Assembly (NCBI RefSeq): GCF_009914755.1
Contig: NC_060935.1
Length of the DNA: 64,000 nt
From: the human T2T-CHM13v2.0 reference genome, Homo sapiens
Reading direction: 5' to 3' (one strand)
This document shows, one piece after another, positions 14,781 to 27,141 of this stretch. Every line of letters starts with the position of its first letter. Position 1 is the stretch's first letter. Made by a program: the position numbers and the translations under genes. Below the pieces are notes generated by a model. It made no database searches. It had not been told where the DNA came from and saw only the letters and a list, made by a program, of their open reading frames with translations.

Positions 14781-15736
14781 CACACACATGGACACAGGAA
14801 GGGAAACATCACACACCAGGACCTGTCAGGGGGTCGGGGGCTGGGGGAGGGATAGTATTAGCAGAAATACCTAATGTAGATGACAGGTTAATGGGCGCAG
14901 CAAACCACCATGGCACATGTATACCTATGTAACAAACCTGCGTGTTCTGCAGATGTATCCCAGAACTTAGAGTATAAATAAATAAATAAATAAAAATGAA
15001 AAGGTGCTCAACACACTAATCATCAGGAAAATGCATATGAAACAAAAGCATGATATCACATTTGTTATGATGGCTGTTACTTTATTTTAAAAAAATCCAA
15101 AAGACAACAAATATTGGTGACATATGAAGAAATTGGAACCCTTGTACAACATTGGTGGGAATATAAAATTGTGTAGCCACTATAAAAAACAGTATGATGA
15201 GTCTTCAAATAATTAAAAATCGAATTATCATATAAACCAGCAATTGCACTTCTGGGCATATATCCAAAAGAATTTAAATCAAGCTCTTGAAGAGACATAG
15301 GTACTCTTATGTTCATTGCACCATTATTTACAATAGTCCAGATATAGAAACAACCTAAATGTCCATTGAAAGATGAAGAAAATGTAGTACACACATGTAA
15401 TGGAATATTATTCATCATTAAGAAAAAGAAGAAATCCTGTCATATGATGAACCTGGAGGACATTATGTTAAGTGAAATAAGCCAGGCACGGAAGGACAAA
15501 TACTGCATGATTAAATTTATATGAGGAATCCAAAATAGTCAAACTCATAGAAACAGAGAATAGAAGGTGGTTGCAGCGGCTGGAGGAAAGGGAGAAATGG
15601 GGTGTTGCTGTTCAGCAGGTATAAAGTTATAGTTTTGCAAGAATAAATTCTAGAGATATGCTGTATATCATTGTGCCCATAGGTAACAATAGGTATATTG
15701 TTAACAGTTAAAAATATTGTGCACTTAAAAAAAAAA
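14781..15736 (+). mobile_element. 5'-truncated L1PA7/8-like 3' end plus older L1MA/MB segment, inside one TSD pair
   Basis: L1PA 3'UTR 14781-14973, (TAAA)n tail to 14996, L1M 3' region 14996-15726, A-run; TSD aagaagctcatgct 14767-14780 and aagaagatcatgct 15737-15750. Confidence 0.85.
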
Positions 15737-16286
15737 AAGAAGATCATGCTTACATTGTGATTACTGTGATAAGGTAGATGACTAAGAACACCACAAAAAG
15801 AAGGGGCTGAAGCTCAGCTCGATTTAAAGAAAAGGAAATTAAAATGCATTCAGGTTTGTCATTTATGCATTAACCCAGTGGTGTCACCTGATATTTCTTC
15901 CTCTTCTCTCAAATTTGTAAATACATGTGTCATTAAGAAATAGCCTAGTAAGCATGAGATTGATGTTTTAACATCAAAAATAATGTAGAATTTCTTACAT
16001 ACGAAGGCAGTTATATTTAAAATGGTTTTCTGTGGTTCTTTTCTGCAAGTCTTTTGATAGTTAAAGAGCCTTATCTTTTATTATTTTGCAAGTCTTTATT
16101 ATATGTGTTCACTTAGACTTCTCTTGAACCCATGGTTGTAAACATTGCTTTTATTTGAAATTGTAATTCTTTGTTTAACAACACAACTTTGAGTGTGGCA
16201 TGTAATGTATCAGCCCTTGAAACTCATCTATTTTTATCACAACTGAATGTGCTTAGGAAAGTGGAACTGCTCCATGGTACGTATCT

Positions 16287-16790
16287 GTATAGAACTAGGA
16301 TCTCTTTGCCTACCTATCTGACTCTGGAGCCCAGGCTGTTGCGTCCCAGTCTGTTGTTGAATCCTCCATAGTCTGGTGAATGTAGATGTATTTTCCCTTT
16401 TCCCCGTTCCATTGCAATCTACTTATTATATCAATCTGCTTATTATATCATTTGCTTATTATTATATCATTTGCTTACTATATCTGCATGGCCACTTACA
16501 TGGGATAAACGTTGTTTACCCTTAAACGTATCATGTCCGTGTCTTTTCTCTCCCCTCGCACTTTCCCCACACAGAACATTTTTGGCGGCACGAACAGGAT
16601 CCAAAAGCAAAAGCAAAACATGCCATTTTTCGGCCACAAGGACCAGGCTGGAAGCTCGGGGACTTCCCATATCCCGGGATGGGAATGCCCCCAGTTTTCC
16701 TCTTTGGCGATTGAATGGTCCAGAGTAACTGGCCTTTGTGAGAATTGGGAATCTAAATTAGTGCATTTTAAACCATTGGCTGTGTGTGAA
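16287..16790 (+). mobile_element. ERV LTR 3' part, primer-binding site and start of internal sequence
   Basis: LTR-like end ...cacagaaCA at 16578, then tttttggcggcacgaacaggat resembling the tRNA-Lys PBS TGGCGCCCGAACAGGGAC; outer boundaries approximate, subfamily not assigned. Confidence 0.55.
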
Positions 16791-18710
16791 CTTTCAAAGT
16801 TCTTTAATGAGTACAATTTATCACCTTAAGTGACGAAACATAATGTTTTCACCAAACACTAAAACATAATTTCTTCCAACATGTTTCATCAAGGTTTGAG
16901 AATAGCTTGGCTTTATGACTTAAGTGTTACAAAATGTAAAAAATAACATTGCATTAGAGCTTTCACACATTTCAATAAACCAGGTAGAACGGTGTTTTTC
17001 AGAATCACAAAGTAAAGAGTATATGCAGGATTTTATAACTGTAGCAGGAATTTTGTTCACCCTGAAAAGTGTTTCTGTTTGTTCTTCACATGCTAATGGA
17101 AACTGGTATGTAAATAATTTGAATGTTTCTCTCTCTTTTCCAAAAAAGACTTATAGTGAACAAAACTTTAATTGTTGCAAAAGCTTGTGTCTATATGTCA
17201 GGACCCAATTACATGTTACATGAACTTGTGATCTATGGCTTTCTTTTACAAAGCAGCTTTGGACTTAAAATGGTCAATGATTGAAATAACTCTTTTGGTT
17301 TGTCTTTCTCTTTAGGTAAATATCCAGTCATTAAAATTTTAATCCCTTTTTCCGTTCTGTAACTTGCGAGGCCTCTATTGGTAAGGAAGGGAGGCCTAGA
17401 AATGCATCCAGTTGCTGCTCTCCGGTCTTTCTTGACCTCTAATCTGCCTGGTGACAGTTTTGCTTTGCTGTCATCCACCATGATAAATGTACCTCAGAGT
17501 CATTTCACTCTCTTGGCTGAATATAGCCATAGCCTTCTTATCTTCCCTGATGACCCAGTTGCACCTTGGTTTTAAAGACTTACAGACCTCCCTTAGGTCT
17601 GCCCCTTATATCCATTCGGAAATGGCCTGGGAAGTCAGCTGTGTAGGACTCAGCTTCACTGGTGCAATACGTCCAGGTCATCAAATCTTAGCTATTTGCA
17701 TGTTCACCTACTAGGGACATGCTGGAAGTTTGGAAGTTTAAGTACTGTCTATGCCACATGGAAACTGAAGAAACTGTGGAAATAGCTGTGATCATAGCTG
17801 CCCAAATAAGCTAATCCCAAAGTTGACTTTGCTTTAGCTACTCAACAAGTTGATTCAGGGCCAAAGCCTGGGCAAGGGAGATTGGGATAGCTTGTCTCAG
17901 AGAAAGCTTCTAAGTTTTTTTGTTGTTGTTGTTCCTCTCCATTCATTAGTGTGTCCAGGCCGAAGAACCAGGACTTGGGTTTGGATTTTCTCTCTGTCAT
18001 AATCTACATTTTTTAACGTCAAAAATTAACGGTACTAGAGCGCAGGAGAGGAAGATTGTTTTAGCCCTAATGAAAGATATAATACTATTATATTATTTTA
18101 TTTTTATTTATAATAGTATTATTATGAATCTGACCCAGAAGTAGTAGGACTTTGATTTCAAATGTTAATCTACTTGAAACCCAAAGATTAAACATTATAT
18201 GAATTAACATATCTCTGCAATCATAAATTATACATATCTTTGTATAAGTAGCCCATGGCAGTAAGTGTACTTGAACTAATTTTGTTTAAACTAATTACCA
18301 CTGTTCAGTTATTTACTCAATAACCCTTCACCAAATATTAACTGTACACCCAAAGTGTTGTGCAGATTTCCATAGGAATTATCAAGATGAAATTGATGTT
18401 AGCTTTATCCTCAGAGCATTTACAATTCATAGGAGTAATAGAATAGTTATAAAAGAAAGCATATATTGCAAGAGTGGCAGAAAAAACCAACAAAGGTTTT
18501 CAGAAAAGCAAAAGACTATTTTAGCTGAGGATATAATGTGCAGAGTCACGGCAAAAGTCTTTTGATTACCAAGAATGGAACACCTTTCTATCTGCTCTAG
18601 AATTAATCCCAACATCAAAATCTGTACCAAGTGTTTTTGCATTTACTGAAAGATACTATGTACATCTAAATTAGGATTCTATCCATTATGATGTGACTTT
18701 TGTAAACGCC

Positions 18711-18856
18711 TCCAGAGGGAGCCCTAATGATATCCTGTGGGTTTCTTATCTAATGCTTCAGGAATGAGTCTACCGAGATTAGTCATTCAGTATAAATCCT
18801 CCCACACTGGGGACTTTTGAGTAGGATAAGAAATTACTATTCCTTCACAAGTAAGT
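18711..18856 (+). promoter_or_regulatory. Candidate OR promoter and first exon for the + strand pseudogene
   Basis: O/E-like tccagaggga 18711-18720 next to TAATGA 18725-18730, tataaa 18791-18796, donor aa|gtaagt 18851. Confidence 0.45.
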
Positions 18857-19409
18857 CTGACAGTTCTGAGAATCAAGAACTCATAAGAAATTTGTGTGAT
18901 TTCCTATTTCCTCTTTTGAACATAAAATGAAATTAGTAGTGGCCATAAGAATTGTCATGGTAAAACAAAACCATAGACAGACAGGCCTCAGACTCTCTGA
19001 TGAAGACAACAGGTAACTAGTGATATACGAGGAGGTCAGGCAGGCTCTGCAAATAGCCCTCTCATTAGTTACAGATCCATTATTCATGACACAGCTGAGA
19101 CTTAGAGTAGGCTTACAAGTTGAGTTTTAGTCAAATCTTGGAATTCAAAAACATACATTTTTCCACTAACTTGTTTACCTTCTCCAGAACTAGAGCCTTA
19201 GAATTTGGCACAAGAAAATATACTCTTCTATGTCTTTAATTACTTAATACAATTATTACTAAGAGGAGAGTGTCAAGAGAATTGGATAAAAATGAGGGTA
19301 AGGTTAACGGTGAGAAGGAAAAAAAAAAGTGAACACATTTCCATCGTCATTTCTAGGAGCTTTTCTTAGGTTTCTTCAATTCGGTTTTGCATTGGAATAT
19401 GATGGCAAT

Positions 19410-19725
<316 letters not shown>

Positions 19726-20787
19726 TAGGTTTGCATTATTTTGTTCCAAGAGAATACATTTTTCTGTCCTTTGCCAACACTGCTATGGATTTATGGAGCT
19801 TTCACCTGATGTGTCCCACTTGGCAGAATTTTTCAGAAAATACTCTGCATGGCTTGAAGTTGTGTTTTTTCCTCCTGCATTGTACACAGAGCTTTAACTC
19901 TTCCCTGCCCTAAGCATAGTTTGGTTTCTTTCCAATAGTTCCATTATTTAAAATAGAATAATTTCATATATTTAATGATTATTCTCTTTATTCTTCCCAT
20001 TTTCTTACTCATCTCTCTCCTGACATGACAGAACACCACTGAATGAAAAGTGAAAGCTGTTGGAATTTTCAACAATATGAGATATGTCCATCTGGTGTTG
20101 GCCCATGTTACTGTGGGTTATGGTATGTGATGTGTGAATGAAAATATCTTAGACGTCATTCACCACAAACCATCTGCAATGGCATTTTTAAAAGTGTGAA
20201 CATTTTACTGGGAATTATAACATAGCCCTTTTTTCCCATTCCCCACATTAGCTCATAACTTGAAACATAACTATGTCAAGGTCTACTTTCACAACTGGTG
20301 ATATATAGGAAACACTCTTTTCATATGTATCCCATAAATCAAACCCTGGGCTGTATGTAATCAACAATTGGATGGTGTAACCCTCTATAATTTCATCCTT
20401 TGCCCTCTGTTTCTTGGGTGTGAGAAGACTTGAGATAGGATCATGAAGCCTCTCAGAAAGATTTTCTTTTCTTAAGCTTTCTAGCACCAACAGAATACTG
20501 TAAGGGATAACATCAGATAGTGGGATACTTTATTCCAAACCAATGAAGGAAAGTTTTATATGCATTGATGATGGCAAGTTCTATATTTGGGGGCTGGAAA
20601 AAAGACTTTGTGGGACAATATCTCAGAATCTACTGTAAGGGGAAAGTGTAAGCTATCGGGGTAAAATCACGTGAAAAAAAATCTTGTTTAATACAAACAG
20701 GCCATTTCAGTTGTCTTGTTCAGAGCTTTCAATGTTGTCTGTGCATTACAATAGAATGAAAGTTTGTTAAAAAGTATCATATCAGTT

Positions 20788-20870
20788 AGGTACAGCAAAC
20801 CACCATGGCACACATTTACCTATGTAACAAACCTGCACATCCTGCACATATATCCCGGAACTTAAAATAA
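20788..20870 (+). mobile_element. Very short L1PA 3' end
   Basis: cagcaaaccaccatggcacacatttacctatgtaacaaacctgcacatcctgcac...aacttaaaataa. Confidence 0.8.
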
Positions 20871-20938
20871 TATTTTATATATAGATATATATATGTCATT
20901 ATTAATTCTATATATTATATATACTAGTTACATATATA

Positions 20939-20940
<2 letters not shown>

Positions 20941-20973
<33 letters not shown>
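20941..20973. repeat. (TG)n microsatellite
   Basis: 16 TG units. Confidence 0.95.
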
Positions 20974-20974
<1 letters not shown>

Positions 20975-20976
<2 letters not shown>

Positions 20977-21066
20977 ACCTGGGTTGGGCTAGAACCTAGG
21001 TATCAGTGTTTTTAAAAACTCCAACTTGATTCTCATGTGAAGCCAGGGCTGATAACCACTGAACTA
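20975..21066. mobile_element. MER5A-like hAT MITE fragment
   Basis: gggttgggctagaacc...tttttaaaaactcc...gattctcatgtgaagccagggctgataaccactg. Confidence 0.55.
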
Positions 21067-21474
21067 AATGTTAGATTTGTGAATATGTGATACATAAACT
21101 AAATAAAGCAATATCGTTTTTCCTTAAAAGGTATGAACATTCTGTGTCCTCTCATCCTTGCAAAATTTTCTATAGTAATTAAAGACAACTCATTTTTGTA
21201 GCCTTGAGTCAACTCCCACCTAATTTCCAACAGTGCAAACTGAAAGTTTTAACTATTAATATGTTAAGTTTTAGCTCAGGCACCATTATCACTAGCTTTG
21301 TTACTAAAACAAGCCCCTAATGATCTCTCTACCACTAATTGCACTCCCTTCCATACATTCTTCACATGGTAGCTGGAATTTTTTTGTAGTAACTTGGTCT
21401 CTACTGATAACGTCTGAAAGGTAAGAGATCTGCATACCATGAAATGTCAGCTGATGTGAGTTGGCAAAGTGAGC

Positions 21475-22190
21475 TCATTAATTCATACATTAATGGTTAC
21501 TGTGAATCTACTATGATTCAAGCATTAGTCCAGGTTCTGGGGATATGGCACAAATGATGTTCCTGTGCTCATATAGCTAACATTTTGGAGGGAACAGACA
21601 ATGAATATTTAAGTAAATGATTTCAGAAGTGATAAATGATATAAAGAAAAATAAATCATGATTCATGATTAAAAAGGTATTTGAAATAGAATGAAGTGAT
21701 GAAATGAATCACTCAAAATCTGGGAAGGAATTGGGCAGAGGGAGCTGAAGTAGGAATATTCTTAGCATGATCAAGGAACAGCTAGAAAGGTCAAGGTAGC
21801 AGGAGAAGAAGGACAGAAGAGAAAGTGGAAAGAGAAGAATTTGGAGACACGGGTGGGAAGACGTCACGTAGGTCCTTGTGTGTCCTGGCGAGAAGTTCAG
21901 ATTTTAGCCCATGTGTGATGAAAAATCTTGAACCCTTTTACCAAATTTGTAATAGGTTGTGATTTATGTTTATAAAATATAACTGGCTGGTGTTGGAAAA
22001 CAGATAATTTCAAGAGTAGAAGAAGGAGCTATTGTAGTAGCTTAAGCAAGAGATAATTTTATCTAAGACCTGACTGGTAGCAAAGAAAATGCTGAAAAGT
22101 GGGTTTAAAATTTATTATGTAATTTTTTGAAGATAGACCTGAGAAGACTTTCTGATGGGTCAGATATAAAGTGTTAAGTCAAAGGTGTAG
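21475..22190 (-). mobile_element. L2 LINE relic
   Basis: tcattaattcat... L2 3' end in antisense followed by purine-rich L2 body; boundaries approximate. Confidence 0.55.
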
Positions 22191-22898
22191 GATAAATTGA
22201 AATATAAATATAAACTAAATTGGGATGTTGTGAGATAAAATGAGATTTATGAAATGAAAGGGGATATTAGGTGAAGAAACAATCTAAATTATCCATCAAT
22301 TGTTGCTTTGGACAAAAAACGTTAGGATGGACAGAACACCAAGGGACCAGGAGAAGTCCATTGTTACTGGGGAGTAAGAAATGAGGAAGAAACTGAACCT
22401 AGGCATACATACCATAGACTCAGGAAATATGTGTTCCTCCAATGCACAGAAGGTTTACCTTTACTGGCAACGATGGAGCCAGTCTACAGGGAGTTACTCG
22501 TTAGCCGTGTTCCCAGATCAAGCATTTGTGTCATTATCAGACTGTGGTGGTCGCCTTTTTGAGGATAAAGGATCCTGATTCCACAGCCTATTTAGGGACA
22601 CCAGTAAGCTACATCAAATCCCATATGTGTTAGCAGAGTTGAGGTGGAAGAAGCCAAAACAGCCAGCACAATTTGGTGCATAAACCTCAAAATCTCCTGT
22701 ATTGTCTGCTTTAACCAGAGCCACAAACTACCTGAAAGCATCTATCGAGACTTTTCCATCTCTAAGGGAAATATTGCTTGCAATTCTCTTTGCAACACTA
22801 GTTTGTTTCAGTGCTCATTGATTTTGCCTATTCTTAGATTGCATATAATTTATTTCTCTTTTTGTATCTGGCACATTCTTCTTTTCTTATTAGAGACT

Positions 22899-23881
22899 AT
22901 GAAGATGAAGATAGATCCCAAATGCAATGGCACGGAGGTAACTGAATTTATTCTGTTGGGACTGACTAGCCAGCCAGAGCTGCAGCCTATGCTCTTTGTG
23001 GTATTCCTCCTGATTTACCTCATCACCCTGACTGGGAAATTTGGGATGATTTTCCTAATCAGATTCACTCCTCAGCTCCAAACCCACATGTATTTTTTCC
23101 TTACTCATTTAGCATGTGTGGATATTTTTTACTCCACTAATGTCTCTCCACAGAGCTTGTTAATTTCTTATCTGAGAAGAAGACCATTTCCTACGCTGGG
23201 TGTCTGGCCCAGTGTTTTGTCTTTGTGACTCTGCTCCTTACTGAGTATTACATGCTTGGTGCCATGGCCTATGACTGCTACATGGCAATCTGCAATCCCC
23301 TACATTACAGCAGCAAAATGTCCAGAGCAGTTTGCATCTGCCTGGTGACTTTCCCCTACTTCTGGGGTTCTATGGTGGGCACGATGCAAGTAATACTGAC
23401 CTCTCGTTTGTCCTTTTTTGGACCCAACACCATCAACCATTTCTACTGTACTGACCCACCCCTCTTAATGTTGACATCTTCTGACACTTACATAAAACAA
23501 ACTGCCTTGTTTGTGTCAGCAGGGATTAACCTCACAGTTTCCCTGCTCATCATTCTCATCTCCTACATTTTCATTTTCATCACCATTATGAGGATCCGTT
23601 CCAGTGAAGGGCAGCTCAAAGCCTTCTCCACCTGTGGCTCCCACCTGACAGCTGTCACTATGTTCTATGGGTCCCTATTCTGCATGTACCTGAGACCAAC
23701 AAATGAGCTGTCTGTTGAGCAAGGGAAAATGGGAGTGGTGTTTTGTATTTTTGTGAGTCCCATGCTGAACCCGTTTATCTACCGCCTGAGAAACAAGGAT
23801 GTGAAACAGGCCTTGAAAAGAGTGTTTATGAGAAACCTTGGTAAGACGAAGAAAAATTCAGTAACTACAGTTTCCCAATAA
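22899..23881 (+). pseudogene. OR5M12P: OR5M-like pseudogene with a single 1-bp deletion
   Basis: ATG 22899 after acceptor cttttcttattag; [13 protein letters not shown]; frameshift at cca cag a-g ctt (23154/23155, ATG missing its T); downstream frame open to the stop at 23881. Symbol is from recalled gene order. Confidence 0.85.
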
Positions 23882-24739
23882 GAAATAAATGAGTCTCTAA
23901 AAAAATCAAAAAGTGACCTTCATTGGTTCTACCTAAATGCAATTCTCTGGAATAACAGTGATATACTTTTGGATATGCATAGCTTAGGATCAAGTGCAAG
24001 TCTAATGGGAATAATGAATGTGAAAGTTGTTTGGAAGTGATGATTGATAGGAATCACCACAGCAGAAGTCAGCTGTTTATGATTAAGCAGGGTCATATGT
24101 TTAGTCTTACTCAAGAACTTATTTCTACTTGATTAGTCAGCAGATATATTTTTCCTTTCACTACCTTGGTCACCAATATTGGGCATCTCTGAGCTACTCT
24201 TATCAGCAAAGTGAAATTATTTACAACACGTTTTCTGAATAAGAAAATGATTTACATTCATATGATATATTGCAGTTTCCTCTACTGAAAGATGATTATC
24301 TTCTCAAAAAAAATCTTGCAATTCCAGATTTTTCTTACTGTAGCTTTGGTCTATGTCTACTTAATTTGAAACTTAATTTGAGATGCAAAGAAGAAAACAC
24401 ATGAAGCTTTCAAATCTAGACTATATCGAAAAACCAAAGAAGCAAGAGCTGCATTTTCAAGGTTTTAGTCTAAAACTCAAGTCTTCTGTCATACTTTATG
24501 GCCTTTTTCGTGATTCTCTACTGTATAAGGGGGACCTGGCTGTTAGTTTAATCCCAATATTTACAGTCACTATCATATTTATATTAAGAAGGTTCTGACG
24601 TCTGTATTTTATTTTTAAAAATGTTAGAATAAGTCAGTAATCAGTGTGTTTAGTAAAATAAAATGTAATGACCCACACTGCTAGTTGGGCAAATGCTGAC
24701 CATTATGTCAAAAGCAAATGTGAAATACACTGGCCATAC

Positions 24740-24880
24740 TTATTTATTTTTACTTTTTTTTATGTTTGGGGGCACCTGTGAAGGTTTGTTATATAGGTAA
24801 GCTAGTGTCATGGAGGTTGTTATATAGATTATTTCATCACCCAGGTATTAAGCTCAGTACTCAATAGTTATCTTTTCTAT
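24740..24880 (-). mobile_element. Short older L1PA/PB 3' end
   Basis: T-tail then gggggcacctgtgaaggtttgttatataggtaa...ttatttcatcacccaggtattaagc. Confidence 0.7.
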
Positions 24881-27141
24881 TAGAAGAACTCTATGAAATG
24901 TGACAGACAGTGTTGTAAACATGTTTTGTTAAAAGGAGCCTATAAATTACATCATATGGAAACACATCTGGTCCATCAACTAATCGAGTGAGTTATTTTA
25001 ACCTTATTTTTGAGGTCTAAACAGCATAAAGCATCATTGCCTAGGCTTAAGAGTTTGTTAATGAAAAAAACAGTGGGAAAGCAAGGAATGTAATTTTACT
25101 GAATAAACGTATTGTGGACTCTAGCCACTATTATAGAGCAAGATTTCTCCTGGTAATTCATGACCCCACCCCTCTCACCAACATACACATACATATACAA
25201 ATACACACATACCACACACACACAGAGCTAACAAACACATGAGCCATTTCAGGCAAGAACAGTTCTTTCTAAAAACAGACACCTTGCCTGTAATGCAATA
25301 ATTCTGAAAATGTGTCAAGATGAGTATATAGTGTAAAGAGCCTGTGAACAGGAAAAAATCAATCCATAATATGAGAAAATAAATGAAAGGGTTGGCATCA
25401 GAGAGACTGTTCTAATTCTAGGTCTATGTCAGTTTGATTAACTTTTTGTCCTTTCATGGAAAAAAGATGAATATTCTGTTACTATATGGTGAAATCACAT
25501 TTGTTTTATGTAAAATTAAAGATACAAAATACTAAAATTTTTTTGTTTATCAAAGTTTTTACTTTCTAAGAACACAGGACAACTTGCTTTAAAAGGACTA
25601 CACATTATCTGACAGATTACCCAACCAGATATAATAGAACTTTCAATTCTAACACTGACTTTTTAAAATTGAGGTTATCGAAAATGATTTTGTCTTCCAT
25701 AGTCCTGTGCCTTCTATTGGAATTATGTTCTCAATTTAAAAACTCTTATTGATGGGCTACTATGAAGGCATGGAGATGTATATAAGTACATTTCATTTCT
25801 CACAGAGCTCTCAGACTATGTTAGGAAACGTTACATTGTATTATTATTACTATTATTAGCTTTTGTTTCTGAGACTAAGAGCTGATTAGAGTTGTAATAT
25901 CTACAGAATCACAGGAATATACACGTGTAGTTGTCTACTTTGGGAATGACAATGAAAATAATGTTTGTGCTGTGTCTTGAAATATGAAGGTCTTTCAGGA
26001 AGAAGAATGGGGAGATGGGCAAAAGCATTGATTGAGCAATACAATTGTGTATTTTTAATGTGCAATGTCTGAAAGCAGAATAAAGACAGATCAAATTATA
26101 ATATTGAGGTACAATTTCTCATCAAAAATAATATGCTGTAACTGAAAGCAAAATTATTGCTTAGGTACTTTTAAGTGGCCACTTTTCCATTTAGATGACA
26201 ATGAGTCTTTGAATGAAATCATCTACTATGATCATACAAACTATATTTTATCCAATCCCCTCCATTTGGAAGCATTTATTGTTCACATGTCCATGATCAC
26301 AATCTGCAAAGAAAACATAGTCCTACTTAGAAGATATCTCAGTTAAAACTACCAGTCAAATCGCTGAAAACTTTGAACTTACCCAAATAAAATTGCATCT
26401 AGTAGCAAAATAGACATGTATGGTTATTTGCTAAGGCATTAGAGAAAGAATGTGCATCTTACCCTAGTTCTTGAAGGTTTAATCATTTCCACATGTAAAG
26501 ATCAAACAACCTGACACTTTACATACAAGAATTATGCAGAATACCTCTTTCCCAACCCCAGAAACTTCTGCTTCATAATAACTCTTAGCATTCTTAATCG
26601 TTGTTTTATTCTTATACTTATCCTGGAGTTTATTCTCATTATTCTTGCTACATATTCTTTCTTTAGGTTAAGAACACTGGACTTCAGCCCCTCTCTCATT
26701 ATTTAGTTCTGGTATTTCTCTCTGGTTCACTAGGGGAACGGCATAGTTTCCAAGCCCTGTTTCGGTGTCTGGACATTTTCTGGCTCAGCTTATTCCTCAT
26801 AACTTCTTTAGCAGTTCAACCATCATCCAATCAAAGAGCCATCACACATGGAAGAAGGTAGAATTGCTCCTTTTGCCACTCAGTCTTTTTCTGTCTCAGC
26901 AATCTTTATACTGGGTTTTATAGCTATGAACATGGTGTTGAACTGTGATAGTTGGTTATTTTTGAGATTGGGTTATGTAGAATAAGTGGGAATTACATAG
27001 AGTGGCCATATTCTCCAGGAAGCTTGGAACAGTTAGTCCAACTCCACTATCGGGAAAAAGCCTCATGGCAGAATGAAATGGAAGTAGATTTGGTCATTTG
27101 TAAGTTTCCTTAGAGCCCTGACATCCTATGGCTTGATGATT

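Larger units (their letters stand above)
13717..15826 (-). pseudogene. OR5AM1P: OR family 5 pseudogene split by two retroposed insertions; extreme 5' end not found
   Basis: Three pieces: 15737-15826 (RAELQPLLFVVFLVIYLITVI), 14376-14780 ([23 protein letters not shown]...EPNEINH, frameshift at poly-T ~14650) and 13717-14139 (EINHFYY...NPLIYRLRNKNVK). Symbol is from recalled gene order. Confidence 0.85.

Noticed and set aside
17233-17714. Cluster of short ORFs in a relatively GC-richer patch, possible processed pseudogene
   Set aside because: No recognisable protein, poly(A) or TSD; BLASTX would be needed
18598-18650. Possible displaced N-terminus of the 13.7-15.8 kb pseudogene (MQKHLVQILMLGL resembling TEFILLGL)
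   Set aside because: Similarity is short and needs several gaps; cannot be told from chance without ortholog alignment
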